Virus record (IMG/VR): IMGVR_UViG_2912464834_000002
Origin: a virus
Lineage: Duplodnaviria; Caudoviricetes
Length of the DNA stretch: 64,000 nucleotides
Strand: one strand, 5' to 3'
Part shown: positions 8,329 to 14,833 of the stretch, piece by piece
How the letters are laid out: each line of letters begins with the position of its first letter
How positions within the stretch are numbered: position 1 is the stretch's first letter
Notes under the pieces: generated by a model
What the model was told of the DNA's origin: nothing
Database searches by the model: none
Seen by the model: the letters and a program-made list of their open reading frames with translations, nothing else
Translations under genes and position numbers: made by a program

Positions 8329-8793
8329 TCAAAAAACTGAAGGGATAAATCTGCGGACGGCTCGGGCGCGCAACTCGTCGTACTGGCGGCTGCCGTACTG
8401 GTGGCCATCGCCGAAGTACTGGTACCACGCCCAGCCGGAATTCGATTCATGGCGCTCACCGGACCAGTAATAGGCCGGCTCGAATTCACCCTTCAGGTTG
8501 GCGAATAGGAGAGATTGCTCCCGCCGCGTCGGCAGTTCGCCGCCACGTTCGGCGGCCCACGCCTTCGCCGCCTCCCAGTCCAGATCTTCGGCCCCCCCCG
8601 GCAGGAGAATCAGGTAGTGGCTCAACGAGCCATCTTCGAGAAGGATCGGCCCGGCGATGCGCTCGCCGGCCGCGAGCGGGATCGTGACGGCGTCGACGTG
8701 ATACTCGGTCGCGCGCGGCTGCTTCTTGAACTCGTCGATCATCGCGCCGATGCGCGCGTGATCTGCTTCGATCTGTTCGAGCGTGATCGTCAT
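8329..8793 (-). CDS. DGR target A1 (DUF1566/CLec-like)
   Basis: W..AKAWA...GGELPTRRE...YWS...AW...ARAVRR; C-terminal VR. Confidence 0.9.
   Translation of the reverse strand: MTITLEQIEADHARIGAMIDEFKKQPRATEYHVDAVTIPLAAGERIAGPILLEDGSLSHYLILLPGGAEDLDWEAAKAWAAERGGELPTRREQSLLFANLKGEFEPAYYWSGERHESNSGWAWYQYFGDGHQYGSRQYDELRARAVRRFIPSVF
8349..8439 (-). repeat. Variable repeat VR1a
   Basis: 12 mismatches to TR2, all at TR adenines. Confidence 0.95.
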
Positions 8794-8823
8794 TGCAAGC
8801 TCCGATTGTGAATGGATGAAGGG

Positions 8824-9186
8824 TTAAATCGACAATCTGCGGACGGCCCGGGCGCGCAACTCGTTGCCCTGGTGGTAGCCGTCCTGGTAGCCACCGTTGA
8901 AGTGCTGGCACCACGCCCAGCCGGCGAAATCCGGGTCATCGTCCGGCGTGTTCGACCAGTACGCAGCCTTCTCGAACAGGTCGCGGTGCTGCTCGTATGC
9001 GATCACGAGCTCGGCGCGCGTCGGCAGGTCGCCGCCAATCGACTTCGCCCATTCCATCTGCTCCTGCCATGTGGCGCGGCCGTTGTCACCCGGTAAGAGA
9101 TAGGTGTGTGTGACGTCGCCGTTCTTATCGACGAAGCCACCGAGATAGACCTCGCCTTCAGCGGCCGGGGGAATTTGGATTTGCAT
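8824..9186 (-). CDS. DGR target B1 (DUF1566/CLec-like)
   Basis: GGDLPTRAE...YWS...AW...ARAVRRLSI; C-terminal VR. Confidence 0.9.
   Translation of the reverse strand: MQIQIPPAAEGEVYLGGFVDKNGDVTHTYLLPGDNGRATWQEQMEWAKSIGGDLPTRAELVIAYEQHRDLFEKAAYWSNTPDDDPDFAGWAWCQHFNGGYQDGYHQGNELRARAVRRLSI
8835..8924 (-). repeat. Variable repeat VR1b
   Basis: 12 mismatches to TR2, all at TR adenines. Confidence 0.95.
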
Positions 9187-9195
9187 GGGATCTCC

Positions 9196-9228
9196 AGAAA
9201 AGAAGCAGGCGCCACGAAGGACGCCCGC
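9196..9228 (-). terminator. Possible intrinsic terminator upstream of DGR1
   Basis: Minus strand GCGGGCG..CGCCTGC hairpin followed by TTCTTTT. Confidence 0.45.
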
Positions 9229-9376
9229 AAAGTGGTACTACCAAGAAGAGGGAACAGCGGTTATCAGTGCCGCACGACCTGAGTGCGCGCCGGGTGCTCG
9301 ATGCGCTCCTGCAGGGCGACATGAAGGCAGAGGAGCAGGATCAGGGCGGCGAACGCGCCGGCCCAGATTTTCAGGA

Positions 9377-9592
9377 TCACCATGTCAGGACCCCGGCGCG
9401 GAACGCGACGCAGAGAAACCAGACGCAGGCGACAGCGATTCCATTGCCGCCGGCCCAGAGGCTTCCCTTGATGACGTAGCCGTGGATCTCGCCACAGGCG
9501 CCGAGCAATTCGTTATCGCTCGCGCCGAGCAAAACAAGCGATCGCTTGTTTTTGTGAATTACAGGCTGCAGGCTGTTAGAGGCGAGTCGCAT
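9377..9592 (-). CDS. Small hypothetical membrane protein
   Basis: 71 aa with a hydrophobic C-terminus; coupled to its neighbours. Confidence 0.5.
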   Translation of the reverse strand: MRLASNSLQPVIHKNKRSLVLLGASDNELLGACGEIHGYVIKGSLWAGGNGIAVACVWFLCVAFRAGVLTW

Positions 9593-9924
9593 CAGAGGTT
9601 CTCCCCGCAGATTCGGATATGGGTCGGCGGATCGCGGGGGCGCTCGACGGACAGATAGCCGGCCTTCACGAGCGCGGTCTCAGCCACAATTCGGATGCTG
9701 GACTTTAGCGCATCTGCCGGGATCTCGCGAAGCACCAGCTGCAGCGCCTCGGCCATGTCGACGGCGGCGCTTGCAGTTCGGCAATCATCCGGACTGATGA
9801 AGCGAGCCGCGCCAGCTGCATCGACCGTCAGCAAGGAAAGCGTCGGCGCATGCGATGAAACGAGAATCTCTGGGTAGAGGGCATGCGGCTGCCACGGGCC
9901 GGGCGTGTGTTTGATCTGGTTCAT
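9592..9924 (-). CDS. Hypothetical phage protein (HTPGPW family)
   Basis: MNQIKHTPGPW...; homologous to 62305-62634. Confidence 0.7.
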   Translation of the reverse strand: MNQIKHTPGPWQPHALYPEILVSSHAPTLSLLTVDAAGAARFISPDDCRTASAAVDMAEALQLVLREIPADALKSSIRIVAETALVKAGYLSVERPRDPPTHIRICGENL

Positions 9925-9932
9925 GGGGGTGC

Positions 9933-10157
9933 TCACATGCAGCGCGCAAGCGCGCATTGGATCTCTGTCTGCGCCGCCTGGTCCTGATACTGGAAGTAGC
10001 CGACGATGAGGAGGTAGACGAAGCACACGCCGAGCGCGGCGAGAACGTTGCGTGCAGCATGTAACAGCGCGCGCGCAATGCGAAAGCCGCGGTTGCGGGG
10101 CTTCGCGGGTTTCCAGGTGATCAGCGACTCAGGCGCCGTATGATTCGTCGAATTCAT
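9933..10157 (-). CDS. Small membrane protein
   Basis: One TM segment; GAGG RBS upstream. Confidence 0.55.
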   Translation of the reverse strand: MNSTNHTAPESLITWKPAKPRNRGFRIARALLHAARNVLAALGVCFVYLLIVGYFQYQDQAAQTEIQCALARCM

Positions 10158-10347
10158 GGTCTTTCCTCGTTGGGGTCGATTCAGCAGCCGGCGTGCATGG
10201 ACCGGACGCCCGGCGCAATGAGATTTATTGCTAGGCGCCGGAGCTCGGCCGAGCCGGGGCACTCGCGGCGCAGCTCGAGCAGATCGCGTGCGGTTTGGCT
10301 CATGGCGTTCTTGGTGTGGTGTGATTGCCCGCCGTAGCGGGCGCGGC

Positions 10348-10605
10348 TCATGCTGTGCCTCGGACGACATCAAGTCGCTTCACCATGGGGTGCATGTGGC
10401 CACCGGTCGAAAGCGCAATGCGCAACCTGCGAACACAGGGAACGTTAAGTCGTTCCTCGTTCCATCGCCCGTGGTGCCATTCCTTGCGCGACTCGACAAC
10501 GCCGCTGAAAACGTGCGCGTTGCCACCCTTGCGACCGATCCAGCAAACGACCGTGCCAACCTTCGGCATTGCGCGATATTCCTTGCGGCGTTGACGTGCG
10601 TTCAT
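10348..10605 (-). CDS. Hypothetical protein
   Basis: MNARQRRKEYR...; AGGGG RBS upstream. Confidence 0.55.
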   Translation of the reverse strand: MNARQRRKEYRAMPKVGTVVCWIGRKGGNAHVFSGVVESRKEWHHGRWNEERLNVPCVRRLRIALSTGGHMHPMVKRLDVVRGTA

Positions 10606-10631
10606 CGTCGTTCCCCTTCGTGTTGCGTTGG

Positions 10632-10739
10632 TCAGTGGCGCTGCCGGCGAGTCGGCGCCTTCCTGAGATCGAAGGCGGCGACGAGCAGAAGCGCTGCGGC
10701 GAAAATCCCCAGGCCGAAGCCGATAAGCAGGTTGATCAC
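10632..10739 (-). CDS. 35-aa single-TM peptide (not in the ORF track)
   Basis: (M)INLLIGFGLGIFAAALLLVAAFDLRKAPTRRQRH, GGAG upstream. Confidence 0.5.
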   Translation of the reverse strand: MINLLIGFGLGIFAAALLLVAAFDLRKAPTRRQRH

Positions 10740-10942
10740 AGATTCGTACTCCGAAATTAATTGGTGACTGAACCGTTTCCCGCTTCCTGACTGCGCTCAA
10801 GGAATGGCACTGTCACAATGCCATTCGATCAGAGCAGTCGAACTCTCAAGGGCGCGCACTCGGGGTGCTGCATGCTGCGCTGCTCGGTTGATGGATGCGG
10901 AGGATCCGCGGCCGAATGCGCGCTCTTGAGAGCATTGTTTTA

Positions 10943-11019
10943 CGTCCCCGTCCGGCTACACCTGGCAGAGCCAGCTCCGGACCGGGGACGGTGCGACGGG
11001 TTACCACGCCACTCGTCGC
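10943..11019 (-). ncRNA. Conserved two-hairpin RNA in the pL leader
   Basis: Same architecture as 63734-63812, with compensatory stem changes and identical loop sequence. Confidence 0.7.
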
Positions 11020-11131
11020 CGGGCGCCGCATTGCGGTAGCAGCTCATCAGGCCGCCATTTCTCGCGCTTTTACATTCAGCCGCACGAGGCCAAGGGCTGG
11101 GTGCTGGTGCACCTATTCATCTGCCGTCAGG

Positions 11132-11178
11132 GTTACAGAGCGATCCGCCGTGGCGGTGGCGCAGCGATCTGCGCTGCG
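11132..11178 (-). promoter_or_regulatory. nut-like antitermination site (hairpins + boxA)
   Basis: Minus strand CGCTCTGTAAC (boxA-like) preceded by two hairpins; conserved at 63941-63990. Confidence 0.6.
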
Positions 11179-11186
11179 TTGATGGA

Positions 11187-11224
11187 ACAATAGCAAACGC
11201 TTTCGATGAACGCAAGCAAATGCT
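11187..11224 (-). promoter_or_regulatory. pL promoter with two oL operators
   Basis: TTGCGT-17-TATTGT on the minus strand; AGCA-NN-TGCT-like sites at 11192 and 11215. Confidence 0.75.
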
Positions 11225-11327
11225 ATCGGAACATGGCAAAAAAATTCAGCGGGCGAGGCCGCTGCTATTACATATGATGAAAAGCCTGCGCTGGCAGGCC
11301 GGTGGAGATCGGATTTGGAGTAGTTAT

Positions 11328-12116
11328 TCAGTCTTCGATGGCTGAGCCTCGCGGCATGATCGCGGCGACGCGGTGTATCGACCGAACGGTGCCCATGGAG
11401 CGCGTGATCGGGGGGATGCCATTGTTGATTGAGCCAAGGCATACTTCGCCGTCTCGGATCCAGAGCAACTCTTTGACGACAGCGCTTCCGTCCGTGAATT
11501 TGACAACAACGTCGTCGCCCGGAAGGGCCTCGGCATTTGGCTCAACGACGATATATTCGCCGCTCTTAATGCGCGGCCGCATGCTATCGCCGCGCACCTT
11601 CAGCCCATAGGCTTCCGAGTCACGTAGACGCACTTCCGGCAGCATCGCGCAGCCGTGACCGACTGGATAATCATCAATATTGATATATCCATCGGGTCCT
11701 CCTTGAACTTCGCCGACCACAACGACGCCCCTCCCAGGTCTCAGCCTCAATTCTTCGCCAACGTTTGACTCAAGCATTTTGTCGATGCTAGGCCGAGAAC
11801 CGGGCGGCAAATTGCTGATGAGGTCGCCACTTTGCCCGATTCTCTGGTCTTCAGTGGCCGCATAAATGTGCTTTGGAGATGCGTCTTTCGGTGAAAACCC
11901 GATGTCGAAATACAACTCTTGAAGAGAGAGCTCGGCCTCGAGCCGCCTTGCTGCCTTCCAGCCAAAGCTTTTCCCTTCACGGTAGTTTTCGTTGAGCAAC
12001 TGCCTCAGGCGCGTCGCGTCTTGATTGTGGTTACGGGCAAAGGCGGCAACATTGCCGTCGGTTTCTTTGTCCACGAGCGCTTGTAGGCGATTTCGTCGAT
12101 GGGCGTCTATGTCCAT
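11328..12116 (-). CDS. CI-like repressor (HTH + S24 peptidase)
   Basis: N-terminal HTH; VRGDSM catalytic Ser and VKEL Lys; divergent from cro. Confidence 0.9.
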   Translation of the reverse strand: MDIDAHRRNRLQALVDKETDGNVAAFARNHNQDATRLRQLLNENYREGKSFGWKAARRLEAELSLQELYFDIGFSPKDASPKHIYAATEDQRIGQSGDLISNLPPGSRPSIDKMLESNVGEELRLRPGRGVVVVGEVQGGPDGYINIDDYPVGHGCAMLPEVRLRDSEAYGLKVRGDSMRPRIKSGEYIVVEPNAEALPGDDVVVKFTDGSAVVKELLWIRDGEVCLGSINNGIPPITRSMGTVRSIHRVAAIMPRGSAIED

Positions 12117-12138
12117 GGCGGAATTAAACCTCAAAACT

Positions 12139-12213
12139 AGCATTTGCTGTGATAGCAAAAGATTGCGGAGTCGCGTGCATTTGCTTGCGTTTAGCGAGAG
12201 CATTTGCTATCGT
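12139..12213 (+). promoter_or_regulatory. oR operators and pR promoter
   Basis: AGCATTTGCT at 12139 and 12199, TGCATTTGCT at 12176; TTGCGT-17-TATCGT. Confidence 0.75.
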
Positions 12214-12219
12214 CTGTGC

Positions 12220-12537
12220 ATGGACGCCTTTCACACCTACCTCAAAGCCCTGACCAAGGATCAGCGAGTCGAACTCGCTGAGAAGGTCGACACGACAGTC
12301 GCCTATCTCTGGCAAATCGCGTACGGACAGCGTCGCTGCCGGGAAGGGCTTGCGATCGAGATCGAGAAGGCGACATCGCGCGCCGTTCGCCTCGAAACGC
12401 TGCGACCCGACATTGACTGGGCATACGTTAGAAGTTCTGCGCAGTCGATTGCCGAGAGCGACTCGAACCGCCCCGCTGCGGATTCTACAGATGACGTTCA
12501 GCCTCCGACCGGCGGTCGCGTTGGGATGGGTGAGTAA
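12220..12537 (+). CDS. Cro-like (YdaS family) regulator
   Basis: LAEKVDTTVAYLWQIAYG...IEKAT...LRPDIDW. Confidence 0.85.
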   Translation: MDAFHTYLKALTKDQRVELAEKVDTTVAYLWQIAYGQRRCREGLAIEIEKATSRAVRLETLRPDIDWAYVRSSAQSIAESDSNRPAADSTDDVQPPTGGRVGMGE

Positions 12538-12639
12538 AGGCATGTGTGGCTCTCGGAGGCGTTGTGTTGAAAAAATTTTCGCGCCGTCCTGAGTCGTAAT
12601 TCCAGTAGTAATCCGGTTGTTTTTTTCAATGGAGTCTGA

Positions 12640-13014
12640 ATGCTCTTACAGCCTCACCACCAGCCTGCAAGCGGCGCCCGTGCGGAGCAGGCTGAGTTTG
12701 TGCCGCATGAATCGATCGCGGAATGTCGTTCCTTCCGTGATGCCGTGTGTCTCGCGTGGGACCAGCGGGCCGAGCGCGGCATGACGCAAAGAACGCTTGC
12801 CGAAAACCTCGAGATCCCGGCCTCGCACCTTTCCAACATGCTCAACCGCGAGCCGGTTGACCGTCACGGGAAGGCGCGGCAGGACCTTCCGGCCCGGCTG
12901 ATCGCGGACTTTGAACGGGTCGTCGGAAATCGTGCCGTGTCGCAGTACCTCGCGCGGATGGCGATGCTGACGTTGATGGAGGAAGTAATCCAGCAGAGGG
13001 CGACTATGAAATGA
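12640..13014 (+). CDS. CII-like HTH regulator
   Basis: MTQRTLAENLEIPASHLSNML; lies after cro. Confidence 0.65.
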   Translation: MLLQPHHQPASGARAEQAEFVPHESIAECRSFRDAVCLAWDQRAERGMTQRTLAENLEIPASHLSNMLNREPVDRHGKARQDLPARLIADFERVVGNRAVSQYLARMAMLTLMEEVIQQRATMK

Positions 13015-13199
13015 ATGAGGATCAGGCGCTTCGGATTGGCCGCAAGGCTGTAGAGGATGCCCGGAAACGGGTTGGTAATGACCGAAACGCACTGCTACAG
13101 GAGTTGGAGAAAGGCACAAAAAAGAACACGGAGACGATGCAGGCGTTTGCGATAGCAGGACGCCTGTTTCTTCAGGCAAGTCAGGCAACGAAGCAGTAA
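13011..13199 (+). CDS. Hypothetical protein
   Basis: 62 aa, ATGA overlap. Confidence 0.55.
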   Translation: MNEDQALRIGRKAVEDARKRVGNDRNALLQELEKGTKKNTETMQAFAIAGRLFLQASQATKQ

Positions 13200-13308
13200 G
13201 GCACGCCGGCTTCGGCCGGCGTACTGAATCCGATCACAAGCGTTCGCGCACGAGCTCTTCTGATTCGATTTAGTAATCCTACGCGGTACAGGCCGCAGGG
13301 AGTTGCCA

Positions 13309-13608
13309 ATGAGCGATTTTCACAGCCCGCGCTCCGGGCATCGCGTCTCCGAGACGCAGCAAGACAGCTTCCACTCCATTTCGGTCGCCAAGCTTTCGGC
13401 CACTCAGCAGATGGTGATGGACTGTTTCGACACGCCCGAAACCTTGCTGACTCGCGAGGAAATTTCGGCGATGACGAATCTCAAACTTTCCAGCGTATGC
13501 GGCCGCTCTCGCGAGCTGATCGACGCTGGCCGCCTTGCAAAGCGCGGCAAGCGCGAGTGCAAGGCCACTGGCAAAGATCAAGAGCAGCTCGGCCTTCCGG
13601 TCGCTTGA
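13309..13608 (+). CDS. Winged-HTH-like hypothetical protein
   Basis: LTREEISAMTNLKLSSVCGRSRELI. Confidence 0.6.
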   Translation: MSDFHSPRSGHRVSETQQDSFHSISVAKLSATQQMVMDCFDTPETLLTREEISAMTNLKLSSVCGRSRELIDAGRLAKRGKRECKATGKDQEQLGLPVA

Positions 13609-13609
13609 C

Positions 13610-13969
13610 ATGGCCCGGTTCCATTGCCGTTGTCGCAAATGCGACCGCCGCCGGGTGCTCCAGGACAAACCCGGCGTCCTGGAGGACGCGGCTTATCCGA
13701 AATGCATCTGCGGCGCGCGCGACTGGCGCATCGACAAATGGATGATGCAGCGCAACGCAGGCACGACGCGTTGCGAGTGCGCCGGCTACTGGTTCCCGCA
13801 CCGCATGGGCAGCTTCTACTGCTAGCACCGTAGGGACGGTAGCGACCGCCTACCAGGCCATTCCGACTTCTGGACCCGTGACATGACGCAGGACCAACAC
13901 GACGCCCTCGTGGCGCAATACAGCGCGGAATCGCGCGAAAACCGCATGCCGCTCGAGGCGGCAGCCTAG
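13610..13969 (+). pseudogene. Cys-rich protein interrupted by an in-frame TAG
   Basis: Frame continues past TAG 13823-13825 to ...LEAAA* just before the next RBS. Confidence 0.6.
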
Positions 13970-13978
13970 GAGAACAAC

Positions 13979-14833
13979 GTGGGCAGAAGCTCAAAAGAAG
14001 TGTACGGCGCATCGGGGCAGGGGAATGTGCTCAGCATGGATCCGGACGCGTTTACGCTCGTGACCGATCCGAAGCATCCGCTGTATGACCGCCGAGTCCA
14101 TCAGGCACCGGACGAAAAAACGATTCGCAACTACCGCGCGCACGGCGTGTTCACGCCGGTCGTCTTCTACAAGGACATCGAGACGGGCGAACTTCTGATC
14201 GTCGAAGGGCGCCGCCGTGTAATCAACGCGCGCGAGCTCAATCACCGACTGATCAACGAAGGGCACGAGCCGATCACGATTCCCGCAATCCCGAAACGCG
14301 TGCTGGGCGACGGCGTGAAACCGTTCGTCGGGGTGATGATCAGCGCGAACGAGATCCGCCAGGGTGATTCGCTGGTGAACCGCGCCGAAAAGATGGCGCG
14401 TGCGCTCGACGTCGGCCATACGCTCGAGGCGGTATCGGCGATGTTCGGTGTGAACGAGGCGACCGTGACGGCAGCCATGAAGTTGCTCGAATGTTGCATG
14501 GTCGTTCGCGATGCAGTCGAAGCCGGCACGATCACCCAGGTCGTCGCCATGAAGCTGGCGAAGCTGCAGCCGGACGAGCAGCGCGCCAAGCTGGCCGAGA
14601 TCGAGGTAGCCATCGAAGGGAAGGCCGGGCATGAGCGGTCGCGCGCGATGCGTGCCGTGCTCGACGCCGCACCCGTGAAGCGCGCCAAGCCAACGCGCAA
14701 GGACATCGCCGAGGCGCTCAAGACGGCTACCGGCGAGCGTGCCGAAGCGCTGCGATGGGTTCTCGGCCTCGTAGAGGGTGAGGGAGCGCCGGCGGTCGAC
14801 CCGCGGCAGATGTCGATCGACGAGGCAGCATGA
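13979..14833 (+). CDS. ParB/Srx-like protein
   Basis: LLIVEGRRRV, ISANEIRQ and an HTH region. Confidence 0.75.
   Translation: MGRSSKEVYGASGQGNVLSMDPDAFTLVTDPKHPLYDRRVHQAPDEKTIRNYRAHGVFTPVVFYKDIETGELLIVEGRRRVINARELNHRLINEGHEPITIPAIPKRVLGDGVKPFVGVMISANEIRQGDSLVNRAEKMARALDVGHTLEAVSAMFGVNEATVTAAMKLLECCMVVRDAVEAGTITQVVAMKLAKLQPDEQRAKLAEIEVAIEGKAGHERSRAMRAVLDAAPVKRAKPTRKDIAEALKTATGERAEALRWVLGLVEGEGAPAVDPRQMSIDEAA

Noticed and set aside
7705-8924. TR/VR repeats as a CRISPR array
   Set aside because: The units are about 90 nt, irregularly spaced and lie within coding sequence; there is no repeat-spacer periodicity.
11020-11052. Hammerhead ribozyme (minus strand CTGATGAG)
   Set aside because: No correctly placed GAAA or stem II, and the prophage 2 counterpart reads CTGATGCA.
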